38,382 bases of DNA from Clostridia bacterium (lineage in GTDB: Bacteria; Bacillota; Clostridia; RGIG6154), in NCBI GenBank assembly GCA_045589295.1, contig JAZNOU010000019.1, forward strand, positions 1-38,382, written 5' to 3'. Below are positions 29,216 through 37,952 of the stretch, in pieces. Position numbers and translations under genes: made by a program. The stretch's first letter is position 1; the number at the start of each line of letters is the position of its first letter. Under the pieces are notes generated by a model. That model ran no database searches and was not told the origin of the DNA. It worked only from the letters and a program-made list of their open reading frames with translations.

Positions 29216-30476
29216 ACAAATTAAGATTTCTGCACCAAAAGGAACTCATGATATTTTGCCGTCAGAAATTCACGTATGGCAATACGTTGAGAAAAAAATA
29301 TACGAAATATGTCGAAATTTTGGTTACAGTGAAATCAGATTTCCTGTTTTTGAACAAACAGATTTGTTTAATAGGGGAGTTGGTGATACAACAGATGTTG
29401 TCCAAAAAGAAATGTATACTTTTACTGATAAAGGAGATAGAAGTATAACTTTAAGACCAGAAGGAACAGCGTCTACTGTAAGAAGTTATCTTGAAAACAA
29501 TCTTTATAATGCGCCTGCACCAATAAAGTTATTCTATATAATTACTTGTTATCGTTACGAACGTCCTCAAGCGGGCAGATTTCGTGAATTCAGACAATTT
29601 GGTGTCGAAAACTTTGGCAGTAATAATGCTTTGACAGATGCTGAGGTGATTTCACTGGCAATGTCTTTGCTCAAAAAACTTGGGGTAGAAGATTTGACGC
29701 TTTATATTAATTCAATTGGTTGTCCGGATTGTAGAAAAAAATATAATGAATTACTTCGTTCCTACTTAGAAAAACGAAGTGGTGAGTTGTGTGGTTTATG
29801 CAATGACCGCATAGGCAGAAATCCTCTTAGGGTGTTAGACTGCAAAAACCCTGATTGTAAAGACGTGATAAGTAATGCGCCTACAGTTGATGCTGTTTTG
29901 TGCGATGATTGTAAAGAACATTTTGATGTCTTAAAACAAGCGTTGACTGATATTGGCATAGAATTTGTTGTTGATACAACTTTGGTTCGAGGATTGGATT
30001 ATTACACTAAGACTGTGTTTGAAATTAAATCATCAGATTTAGGAGCTCAGTCAACAGTTTGTGGCGGTGGCAGATATGATGGCTTAGTTGAACAGTTGGG
30101 TGGTGCTAGCACACCGGGAATTGGTTTTTCTGTAGGACTTGAAAGATTAATTGATATTTTGACTAAAAAAGGACTTTTGCCAGAAAATGAAGACAAAACT
30201 AAGTTGTTTGTTGCTTCAATAGGCAGTACTGCCTCAGAAAAAGCTTTTGAGATTGTAAGTAAGATGAGAAGTATGGGTATTTCTGCTGAATTTGATCATT
30301 TGGGACGTTCTGTTAAAGCCCAATTGAAGTATGCTGATAAACTTAATGTAGAATATAGTGCAGTACTTGGTGAGGATGAAATTTCTTCAGGTACCTTTTC
30401 TGTAAAAAATATGAATACCGGCGAAACAAAAGTATTAAAATTCAGTGAGTTAAGTGCTGATAGTTTTGATTTTTAA
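29208..30476 (+). CDS. hisS: Histidine--tRNA ligase
   Basis: KEMYTF, LRPEGTAS, RYERPQAGRFREF, RGLDYY, GGGRYDGL. Start ATG 29208 after AAGGAG. Confidence 0.97.
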   Translation: MSKQIKISAPKGTHDILPSEIHVWQYVEKKIYEICRNFGYSEIRFPVFEQTDLFNRGVGDTTDVVQKEMYTFTDKGDRSITLRPEGTASTVRSYLENNLYNAPAPIKLFYIITCYRYERPQAGRFREFRQFGVENFGSNNALTDAEVISLAMSLLKKLGVEDLTLYINSIGCPDCRKKYNELLRSYLEKRSGELCGLCNDRIGRNPLRVLDCKNPDCKDVISNAPTVDAVLCDDCKEHFDVLKQALTDIGIEFVVDTTLVRGLDYYTKTVFEIKSSDLGAQSTVCGGGRYDGLVEQLGGASTPGIGFSVGLERLIDILTKKGLLPENEDKTKLFVASIGSTASEKAFEIVSKMRSMGISAEFDHLGRSVKAQLKYADKLNVEYSAVLGEDEISSGTFSVKNMNTGETKVLKFSELSADSFDF

Positions 30477-30533
30477 TTATAATACTACAAGCAGCAGTAG
30501 TATGTGGGTTTATTGAAAGAATAGGGAAGTGTA

Positions 30534-30863
30534 ATGACTGTCAAGGATGTTGCGCAAGAATTGGGCGCGGAAATTATTTGTGAGGGCAACAACGTATCAC
30601 GCCATGTAAATGGGTGTTATATTGGAGATTTACTTAGTTGTGTTATGTCAAAATCAATACAAGATAATATTTGGATTACTATTATGTCTAATGTTAACGT
30701 TGTTGCGGTTGCAACACTTACAGATGTTTCGTGCGTGTTAATGTGTGAAAACACTTCACCTGACGATGAATGCCTTAAAGCAGCAATTAATCAAGGAATT
30801 ACCTTGCTTAAAACCAAGCTTCCGGCTTATGATGCCGCTTTGAAGCTTAGTAAAATATTATGA
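30534..30863 (+). CDS. DRTGG-domain protein (hydrogenase-associated)
   Basis: GCYIGDLLSCVM, IWITIMSNVNVVAVA: typical of the small DRTGG/HPr-kinase-N-like proteins upstream of clostridial hydrogenase operons. Confidence 0.8.
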   Translation: MTVKDVAQELGAEIICEGNNVSRHVNGCYIGDLLSCVMSKSIQDNIWITIMSNVNVVAVATLTDVSCVLMCENTSPDDECLKAAINQGITLLKTKLPAYDAALKLSKIL

Positions 30864-30966
30864 ACCTTTTTACGATTTACAGATTTTAATACTAACGCAA
30901 AACAACTATTGATTCTTTTTCAAAGGAACAACAAAATTATAAAATAAGTGTATTTTTGTTTTTTTG

Positions 30967-30995
30967 TAGATTTTTGTTGAATTATATGATATAAT
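30967..30995 (+). promoter_or_regulatory. Putative sigmaA promoter of hydrogenase operon
   Basis: TGnTATAAT at 30987-30995 with weak -35 (TAGATT). Confidence 0.5.
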
Positions 30996-31041
30996 TACTC
31001 TTAGAATATTATGTAGTATATTTTTATAAGGAGGCTTTAAA

Positions 31042-31536
31042 ATGGCAGATAAAAAATTGCCTGCTTTTAATGGGACGAAAAAGCAGGAGGCACAGCTTAT
31101 GGAGGTCATCAACAAGCATAAGCAGTCCAAAGGAGCATTAATTCCAGTTCTCCATGAAGCACAGGAAATATATGGCTATCTTCCTGTTGAGGTTCAGACG
31201 ATTATTGCTGAAGAATTGGATGTTCCGCTTGCTGAAGTTTATGGTGTTGTTACATTCTATACGCAATTTTCTTTGTATCCTAAAGGACAGTATAAAATCG
31301 CTGTTTGTCTTGGTACTGCATGCTATGTTAAGGGTTCTGGAGATATTTTAGACAAAATCAAAGAAATTCTTGGAATTGAAGTAGGGGAATGTACTCCCGA
31401 TGGGAAATTCTCGCTTGAAGCCACACGTTGCATTGGCGCTTGTGGTTTGGCACCAGTTTTGACCGTTAATGATGATGTTTATGGAAGATTGGTTGTTGAT
31501 GACGTTCCAGGAATAATCGAAAAGTATCAAAATTAA
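31042..31536 (+). CDS. hydC: Bifurcating [FeFe]-hydrogenase NuoE-like [2Fe-2S] subunit
   Basis: VYGVVTFY, CLGTAC...CIGAC 2Fe-2S ligands. Confidence 0.92.
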   Translation: MADKKLPAFNGTKKQEAQLMEVINKHKQSKGALIPVLHEAQEIYGYLPVEVQTIIAEELDVPLAEVYGVVTFYTQFSLYPKGQYKIAVCLGTACYVKGSGDILDKIKEILGIEVGECTPDGKFSLEATRCIGACGLAPVLTVNDDVYGRLVVDDVPGIIEKYQN

Positions 31537-31540
31537 TTGG

Positions 31541-32083
31541 ATGAAAGAACTATCTTTAAATATACTCGATATTGCCGAAAACTCTATAGCGGCAAATGCA
31601 TCCATTGTGACAATTGTTGTTACCGAAAAAATTAATGACAATATTTTAAATATAAATATTGAAGATAACGGAAAGGGAATGGATAAAGAGTTTTTAAAAA
31701 CAGTTACTAATCCTTTTTCAACTACAAGAAAAACAAGAAAAGTTGGGATGGGGATATCCTTGCTAAAAATGCTTTCGGAACAGTCAAATGGTAAGTTTGA
31801 AATATCATCTGAATTGGGTGTCGGAACAATAGTGAACGCTTCATTTGAACATAATCATATTGACAGACCACCTCTTGGGAATATTGAACAAACTATATCA
31901 GTGCTTGTATCTTGTAATTTGGATGTTGATTTTGTTTATAAGCATATTTATAATGATAATAGATTTAAGTTTGATACAAGAGAAGTTAAAAGATTTGTTC
32001 AAGGGATTCAGCTCAACAATTCAGATACAATTCTTTGGATACAAGAGTATATAAGAGATGGAATTCTTAGTATCTCATCTTAA
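31541..32083 (+). CDS. Stand-alone HATPase_c (histidine kinase-like ATPase) protein
   Basis: N box (DIAENS), DNGKGM, PFSTT, GMGIS, GVGT. No HisKA or sensor domain. Confidence 0.88.
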   Translation: MKELSLNILDIAENSIAANASIVTIVVTEKINDNILNINIEDNGKGMDKEFLKTVTNPFSTTRKTRKVGMGISLLKMLSEQSNGKFEISSELGVGTIVNASFEHNHIDRPPLGNIEQTISVLVSCNLDVDFVYKHIYNDNRFKFDTREVKRFVQGIQLNNSDTILWIQEYIRDGILSISS

Positions 32084-32120
32084 TATTATGTGCTATTAGT
32101 AGCAGAATAGGGGTTATAAT

Positions 32121-32492
32121 ATGAAAAGTTTAGCAGATTTAGAAGCTATTAGACAAAAGGCTTTCAACAAAGTTAATTTGCGAAATGAATCAAAAGATGA
32201 TACACGTATAGTTGTTGGTATGGCAACTTGTGGTATCGCAGCAGGCGCTCGTCCTGTTTTGCAGACATTTGTTGAAGAAGTAAATAAGAGAATGCTCTGC
32301 GATGTTTATGTTTCACAAACAGATTGTGTTGGCCTTTGTAAATATGAGCCTATTGTTGAGGTTTATGTAGCGGGCAAAGAAAAAGTCACTTACATCAAAG
32401 TTTCTCCTGAAAAAGTTGCAAAAATTGTATCAGAGCACATTGTTAACGGTAAAGTTGTTGACGAATACACTATTGGTGCTGTTGAAAAGTAA
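32121..32492 (+). CDS. hydD: Thioredoxin-like [2Fe-2S] ferredoxin hydrogenase subunit
   Basis: VGMATCGIAAGA, CVGLCKYEP. Confidence 0.88.
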   Translation: MKSLADLEAIRQKAFNKVNLRNESKDDTRIVVGMATCGIAAGARPVLQTFVEEVNKRMLCDVYVSQTDCVGLCKYEPIVEVYVAGKEKVTYIKVSPEKVAKIVSEHIVNGKVVDEYTIGAVEK

Positions 32493-32536
32493 TTAAACTT
32501 ACATCAGTTTGGTGTATTGAAATGGAGGATAAAAAA

Positions 32537-34327
32537 ATGGAACTCGTAAGATCACATGTGTTGGTTTGTGGCGGTACTGGTTGTACATCATCCGGGTCTT
32601 CGCAAATCATTGCTGAATTTGAAAAACAACTTCAAAATTTTGATATTGCAAACGAAGTTAAAGTTGTAAGAACCGGTTGTTTTGGGTTGTGTGCGTTAGG
32701 GCCGATTGTTATCGTATATCCCGAAGGTTCGTTCTATAGCATGGTTCAAAAAGAAGATGTTGCTGAAATTGTTGAGCAACACTTGCTCAAAGGTAAAATT
32801 GTAAAAAGACTACTCTATAAAGAAACCGTCGAAGAGGATAACATCAAATCGTTAAATGAGGTTGATTTCTATAAAAAACAACTTCGTGTTGCCCTTAGAA
32901 ACTGCGGTGTTATAAATCCAGAAGATATTGAAGAATATATCGCTAAAGATGGTTATAAGGCTTTAGGTAAGATCCTTACCGAAATGACACCGGAAGAAGT
33001 TATAAATATAGTTAAAGATTCAGGACTTCGCGGCCGTGGCGGTGGTGGATTTCCGACAGGAATCAAATGGAGTTTTGCTGCTCAGCAGACCAATGAACAA
33101 AAATATGTTCTTTGTAATGCCGATGAGGGAGACCCTGGGGCATTTATGGATAGATCAATTCTTGAAGGTGATCCTCACAGTTTAATTGAAGCTATGACAA
33201 TTGCAGGTTATGCAATTGGCGCAAATCAGGGTTATGTTTATGTTCGTGCTGAATATCCTATCGCTGTTAACAGACTTAACATTGCAATAAAACAGGCTAG
33301 AGAATATGGTTTGCTTGGCAAAAATATTTTTGGAACAGATTTTTCATTTGATTTAGATATCAGACTTGGCGCTGGTGCTTTCGTATGCGGTGAAGAAACA
33401 GCTCTTATCACTTCAATTGAAGGACATAGAGGTGAACCAAGACCAAGACCGCCTTTCCCGGCAGTTAAAGGTCTCTGGGGTAAACCTTCAATTCTTAACA
33501 ATGTTGAAACTTATGCGAATATTCCTGTTATTTTCTTAAAAGGAGTTGAATGGTTCACATCGATTGGTACAGAAAAGAGTAAAGGTACAAAAGTTTTTGC
33601 TTTGGGTGGAAAAATCAACAACACAGGTTTGGTTGAGGTACCAATGGGTACAACATTAAGAGAAGTTGTATATGAAATTGGTGGCGGAATTCCTAATGGC
33701 AAAAAGTTTAAAGCTGCTCAAACAGGCGGACCTTCAGGTGGATGCATTCCTGCGGAACTTATTGATACGCCTATTGATTATGACTCGCTTATTAGTATTG
33801 GTTCCATGATGGGGTCAGGTGGACTTATCGTTATGGATGAAGATACATGTATGGTTGATATCGCTAAATTCTTCCTTGAATTTACTGTTGATGAATCTTG
33901 TGGTAAGTGTGTACCATGTCGTATTGGAACAAAGAGAATGCTCGAAATCTTAACCAAGATTACAAATGGACAAGGAACACTTGAAGATATTGATAAATTG
34001 GAACAATTGTGCTTATCGGTTAAAAGTACTGCACTGTGCGGACTTGGACAAACTGCTCCAAACCCAATTTTGAGCACACTCAGATATTTTAGACACGAGT
34101 ATGAAGAGCACGTTGTTGATAAAAAATGCCGTGCTGGTGTTTGCAAGGCGCTCCTTAACTACAAAGTTGACGCTGAAAAATGTATTGGTTGTGGAATTTG
34201 TGCCAAAAACTGTCCCGTTTCTGCAATTACCGGTAAAATTAAGGAACCATTTGTTATTGACATAGCTAAATGTGTAAAATGCGGACTTTGTGAAACTAAA
34301 TGTCCTAAAAAGGCAATAAGCAAATAA
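32537..34327 (+). CDS. hydB: Bifurcating [FeFe]-hydrogenase NADH/FMN-binding NuoF-like subunit
   Basis: GRGGGGFPTG, NADEGDPGAFMDR, CGEETA, GGPSGG, ESCGKCVPCRIG, two C-terminal 4Fe-4S motifs. ATG 32537 follows GGAGG (alternative start 32522). Confidence 0.94.
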   Translation: MELVRSHVLVCGGTGCTSSGSSQIIAEFEKQLQNFDIANEVKVVRTGCFGLCALGPIVIVYPEGSFYSMVQKEDVAEIVEQHLLKGKIVKRLLYKETVEEDNIKSLNEVDFYKKQLRVALRNCGVINPEDIEEYIAKDGYKALGKILTEMTPEEVINIVKDSGLRGRGGGGFPTGIKWSFAAQQTNEQKYVLCNADEGDPGAFMDRSILEGDPHSLIEAMTIAGYAIGANQGYVYVRAEYPIAVNRLNIAIKQAREYGLLGKNIFGTDFSFDLDIRLGAGAFVCGEETALITSIEGHRGEPRPRPPFPAVKGLWGKPSILNNVETYANIPVIFLKGVEWFTSIGTEKSKGTKVFALGGKINNTGLVEVPMGTTLREVVYEIGGGIPNGKKFKAAQTGGPSGGCIPAELIDTPIDYDSLISIGSMMGSGGLIVMDEDTCMVDIAKFFLEFTVDESCGKCVPCRIGTKRMLEILTKITNGQGTLEDIDKLEQLCLSVKSTALCGLGQTAPNPILSTLRYFRHEYEEHVVDKKCRAGVCKALLNYKVDAEKCIGCGICAKNCPVSAITGKIKEPFVIDIAKCVKCGLCETKCPKKAISK

Positions 34328-34342
34328 GGAGGTAAGTTGATA

Positions 34343-36082
34343 ATGGAAAATGTTACTCTTAAAATTAATAATATTGAAGTTACTGTTCCTGCAGATTATA
34401 CAATCTTGCAGGCAGCAAGAAGTGCAAACATCGACATTCCTACACTTTGCTACCTCGAGGGAATGAATAAACTTGGCTCATGCAGATTGTGCGTTGTTGA
34501 AATCAAAGGTGCCAGAGCATTACAGGCTGCATGTGTATATCCTGTTTCAGAAGGGCTAGAAGTATTTACCAATACTGCTGCAGTAAGACGTGCAAGAAAA
34601 GCTAATTTGGAACTAATTCTTTCAAATCACGATAGAAGTTGTCTTACTTGTGCAAGAAACAGAAATTGCGAACTTCAGGCGTTAGCTGAAGAATTTGGAA
34701 TTGATGAACTTCCTTTTTCAGGTGAAAACGATAGAAAGTTATCTATTGACGATTCATCTGCATCATATATCCGCGATAATAACAAGTGTGTACTGTGCAG
34801 ACGTTGCGTAGCTGCATGCGACAATCAGGCTGTTTCAGTGATTTCTTGCATTAATAGAGGTTTTGAAACAACTGTTAATACTGCATTTGAAAAGCCTGTT
34901 TCAGAAGTTGCGTGTATTTTCTGCGGTCAGTGTATCAATGCTTGTCCTACCGGAGCATTAACTGAGCAGCCGCACATTCCAAGGGTGTTAGAAGCTATAG
35001 ATAATCCTGAAAAACATGTTGTTGTTCAGACTGCACCTGCAGTAAGAGCAGCTCTTGGTGAAGAATTTGGTCTTCCAATGGGGACACCTGTTACCGGAAA
35101 AATGGTTACAGCTCTCAAAATTTTAGGATTTGATAAAGTCTTTGATACAGACACTGCCGCTGATTTAACAATTATGGAAGAGGGGACAGAGTTTATCGAA
35201 AGATTCACCAAACAAGAAAAGCTTCCACTTATTACTTCATGTAGTCCTGGTTGGGTTAAATTCTGTGAGCATAATTTCCCAGAGTTTACAGATAATCTTT
35301 CTACAGCAAAATCTCCAATGGAAATGTTTGGCGCAGTAATTAAATCATATTACGCTGAAAAGAACAATATTGATAACAGAGATATTTTTTCTGTTGCAAT
35401 TATGCCTTGTACTTCAAAGAAATATGAAGCTCAGAGAGAGGAAATGACAAGCAGTGGCGCATTTGACATTGATGCATCGCTTACAACACGTGAGTTGGCA
35501 AGAATGATTAAGCAAGCTGGCATTAATTTTGCTGAATTACCTGATTCCGAATTCGACGATCCATTTGGAACTGCTACCGGTGCTGGTGTTATTTTTGGTG
35601 CTACGGGCGGTGTTATGGAAGCAGCGCTTAGAACTGTTTATGAAATTTTAGAAGGTAAGTCTTTAGACAATCTAGAACTTGAGCCTATCCGTGGTATGGA
35701 TGGTATAAAAGAAGCAACTCTTATAGTTGCAGGCAAGGAAGTTAAGGTTGCTGTTGTTCACGGAACGAAAAATGCTAAAGAGCTTCTTAACAAAATTAAG
35801 GAGGGAGAGGCTAAATACGATTTTATCGAAATTATGGCATGTCCTGGCGGTTGTGTAAATGGTGGTGGACAACCAATAGTATCTGCTAAAAAACGTGCTT
35901 TGGTAGATGTAAGAGTTGAAAGAGCTAAGGCTCTTTACTCTGAAGACAGAAACTCAAAACTTAGAAAATCGCACGAAAACCCGGCAATTAAAAAGCTTTA
36001 TGATGAGTATTTTGAAAAACCATGCTCACACAAAGCACATGAACTTTTGCATACTCATTATACAAAGAGAAGCAAGTATTAA
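34343..36082 (+). CDS. hydA: [FeFe]-hydrogenase catalytic subunit (group A)
   Basis: H-cluster motifs TSCSPGW, MPCTSKKYE, EIMACPGGCVNGGG, plus N-terminal 2Fe-2S, His-ligated 4Fe-4S and 2x4Fe-4S. Confidence 0.97.
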   Translation: MENVTLKINNIEVTVPADYTILQAARSANIDIPTLCYLEGMNKLGSCRLCVVEIKGARALQAACVYPVSEGLEVFTNTAAVRRARKANLELILSNHDRSCLTCARNRNCELQALAEEFGIDELPFSGENDRKLSIDDSSASYIRDNNKCVLCRRCVAACDNQAVSVISCINRGFETTVNTAFEKPVSEVACIFCGQCINACPTGALTEQPHIPRVLEAIDNPEKHVVVQTAPAVRAALGEEFGLPMGTPVTGKMVTALKILGFDKVFDTDTAADLTIMEEGTEFIERFTKQEKLPLITSCSPGWVKFCEHNFPEFTDNLSTAKSPMEMFGAVIKSYYAEKNNIDNRDIFSVAIMPCTSKKYEAQREEMTSSGAFDIDASLTTRELARMIKQAGINFAELPDSEFDDPFGTATGAGVIFGATGGVMEAALRTVYEILEGKSLDNLELEPIRGMDGIKEATLIVAGKEVKVAVVHGTKNAKELLNKIKEGEAKYDFIEIMACPGGCVNGGGQPIVSAKKRALVDVRVERAKALYSEDRNSKLRKSHENPAIKKLYDEYFEKPCSHKAHELLHTHYTKRSKY

Positions 36083-36094
36083 TAATATTAAAAA

Positions 36095-36146
36095 TTCGGG
36101 CAGATACCTATTTTTAAGTATTTGCCCGAAAATTGTTATTTTTTTT
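36095..36146 (+). terminator. Terminator after hydA
   Basis: ttcgggcagatac...gtatttgcccgaa stem with downstream T tract. Confidence 0.7.
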
Positions 36147-36156
36147 AAAATATGTA

Positions 36157-36185
36157 TTGATTTTTTTATCAAGTTATGTTATAAT
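36157..36185 (+). promoter_or_regulatory. sigmaA promoter of rpmE
   Basis: TTGATT-17 bp-TATAAT with TG extension. Confidence 0.75.
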
Positions 36186-36216
36186 ACTCCTGTTGTTAAT
36201 GAAAGAGGTGAAAATC

Positions 36217-36423
36217 ATGAAAGAAGGATTACATCCAGAATACAAAACAGCTACAGTAAAATGTGCTTGTGGTGAAACTTTTGAAACCAGATCTACAAAA
36301 GAAGATATTTCTATAGAAATTTGTTCAAAATGTCATCCGTTCTATACAGGTAAACAGAAAATTGTTGATGCTGGTGGACGTGTTGACAAATTTAGAAAAA
36401 AATTCAATTTGGATTCAAAATAA
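36217..36423 (+). CDS. rpmE: 50S ribosomal protein L31 (Zn-binding type)
   Basis: [13 protein letters not shown]...[22 protein letters not shown] 36217 after GAGGTG. Confidence 0.97.
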   Translation: MKEGLHPEYKTATVKCACGETFETRSTKEDISIEICSKCHPFYTGKQKIVDAGGRVDKFRKKFNLDSK

Positions 36424-36446
36424 TTCATTTTTAAATTTTGTAGCTT

Positions 36447-36485
36447 ATACGCTTTTTTGAGGTTACTCGAGGAAGCGTATTTTTT
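36447..36485 (+). terminator. Terminator after rpmE
   Basis: atacgcttttttgag-gtta-ctcgaggaagcgtat (with G-U pairs) plus ttttt. Confidence 0.75.
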
Positions 36486-36669
36486 CGTGCGGAAATTATA
36501 CGGGGGATAAAAATGTATTTTAAATCACAATAAAATCTTACAGAAATTTTTTAAACATACAAAACATTATTTCGAAAATTTCTATCAGCTCCAGCAGGAA
36601 TTTTTATTTTAAGTAAATTTTATATTATACACAACGAAATCTATTAATATTTAAAAGAGAGGATAGGTA

Positions 36670-36698
36670 TTGACATTTGTTAAAATTTGTGATACAAT
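36670..36698 (+). promoter_or_regulatory. sigmaA promoter of the Xer recombinase gene
   Basis: TTGACA-17 bp-TACAAT with TG extension. Confidence 0.75.
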
Positions 36699-36726
36699 TA
36701 TACAAAATAAAAATTTTGTATAATTG
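36695..36726. repeat. Perfect 14-bp inverted repeat overlapping the -10/TSS of the recombinase gene
   Basis: caattatacaaaat-aaaa-attttgtataattg. Confidence 0.85.
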
Positions 36727-36740
36727 AGGTGAGGGTCAAA

Positions 36741-37715
36741 ATGAATTTTATTATATCTGAGCAACCTTACGTTTATAAGGAATTTCTTATGTATATGCAA
36801 ACTATACGTGGTAAATCAATTGGTACTATCTCAGAATACGCTTTAGACTTAAATATATTTTTCAAATTTATGTCAAGGCATTTTAAAATTGATAATTCAA
36901 AAAATCCTATTGACGAAATTGATATTACTAATTTAGATTATAACTTTGTAAAAAAAATTCAGCTCACAGACATTTACGAGTATCTTTCTTATATGAATAC
37001 TGTTAGAAAAAATTCTGCAGCAACACGCGCACGTAAAGTTGCGTGTCTAAGAAGTTATTTTAAATATATGCATAGCAAAGCTAAATACATTGAAGATAAT
37101 CCTGCAAAAGATTTAGAATCACCAAAGCTTAAACAATCATTGCCTAATTATCTTACATTAGATGAATCTAAATGGTTATTAGAAACTGTTCTTAAAAATT
37201 CTACAGGTTTTAGAGATTATGCAATTATTACCTTATTTTTGAATTGTGGAATGCGTTTATCAGAGTTAGTTGGGATTAACTTATCAGATATTAAAAATGA
37301 CACATTAATTGTCACAGGTAAAGGAAACAAAGAACGTACTATATACTTAAATAACGCGTGTATTCAAGCAATAGCTAAATATTTAAAAGAGAGACCGGTA
37401 GATAATGTCAAAGACAAAAACGCATTGTTTTTGAGTGCCAGGAATCAACGAATAAGTAATAAGACTGTTCAGTTCCTTGTTAAGAAATATATACAGTTAG
37501 CAGGATTAGATACATCTCGTTTTTCTACGCATAAGTTAAGACACACGGCAGCAACACTTATGTATCGTGAAGGAAATACTGATTTAAGAACTTTGCAGGA
37601 AATTTTAGGACATGAACATTTATCAACAACACAAATTTATACTCATGTAAATAATGAACAACAAAAAAATGCAGTTAAAAACAATCCATTGGCAAATTTA
37701 ACCACTAAAGATTAG
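36741..37715 (+). CDS. xerC: XerC-like tyrosine recombinase
   Basis: Catalytic R (GMRLSEL), K (GKGNKER), HKLRH, LGH, Y (TTQIYTH), N-terminal core-binding domain. Resembles the housekeeping clostridial type. Alternative start GTG 36729. Confidence 0.88.
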   Translation: MNFIISEQPYVYKEFLMYMQTIRGKSIGTISEYALDLNIFFKFMSRHFKIDNSKNPIDEIDITNLDYNFVKKIQLTDIYEYLSYMNTVRKNSAATRARKVACLRSYFKYMHSKAKYIEDNPAKDLESPKLKQSLPNYLTLDESKWLLETVLKNSTGFRDYAIITLFLNCGMRLSELVGINLSDIKNDTLIVTGKGNKERTIYLNNACIQAIAKYLKERPVDNVKDKNALFLSARNQRISNKTVQFLVKKYIQLAGLDTSRFSTHKLRHTAATLMYREGNTDLRTLQEILGHEHLSTTQIYTHVNNEQQKNAVKNNPLANLTTKD

Positions 37716-37735
37716 TACCACTCTCCTATTTTATA

Positions 37736-37764
37736 TTGACAAATAAACTGTTTTATATTATAAT
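37736..37764 (+). promoter_or_regulatory. Consensus sigmaA promoter of tRNA-Arg(CCT)
   Basis: TTGACA-17 bp-TATAAT. Confidence 0.85.
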
Positions 37765-37776
37765 ACATTGTGTTTT

Positions 37777-37853
37777 GCATCCATAGCTCAGCAGGATAGA
37801 GCGACGGTTTCCTAAACCGCAGGTCGGGGGTTCGAATCCCTTTGGGTGCGCCA
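37777..37853 (+). tRNA. tRNA-Arg (CCT)
   Basis: GCATCCATAGCTCAGCAGGATAGAGC...CGGT-TTCCTAA-ACCG...GGTTCGAATCC...GGGTGCGCCA. 77 nt, encoded CCA. Confidence 0.96.
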
Positions 37854-37854
37854 T

Positions 37855-37899
37855 AAAAGACCGCTTTGTAGAGCCATTTCTACAAAGTGGTCTTTTTTT
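37855..37899 (+). terminator. Terminator after tRNA-Arg(CCT)
   Basis: aaaagaccgctttgtaga-gccatt-tctacaaagtggtctttt plus T tract. Confidence 0.85.
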
Positions 37900-37952
37900 A
37901 TTTTCATTCCAAAATGCAAATTTGTCCATTATTTGTCCGTTATGCAAAAAAA

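Noticed and set aside
30974-30991. Rex operator in the hydrogenase promoter (TTGTTGAATTATATGATA)
   Set aside because: Only the left half resembles the consensus. The right half has too many mismatches.
30997-31017. actcttagaatattatgtagt resembling Bacillus dif
   Set aside because: It lacks the 6-bp central spacer and a full XerD arm, so it is likely chance in AT-rich DNA.
36502-36533. Tiny ORF MYFKSQ with GGGGGA RBS between rpmE and xerC
   Set aside because: Six codons with no recognisable homology. It cannot be supported as a peptide or a pseudogene.
36741-37853. Recombinase next to a tRNA read as a prophage/ICE integrase
   Set aside because: The gene lies upstream of the tRNA 5' end, resembles housekeeping XerC-type proteins, and has no phage or conjugation genes or att duplication in the window.
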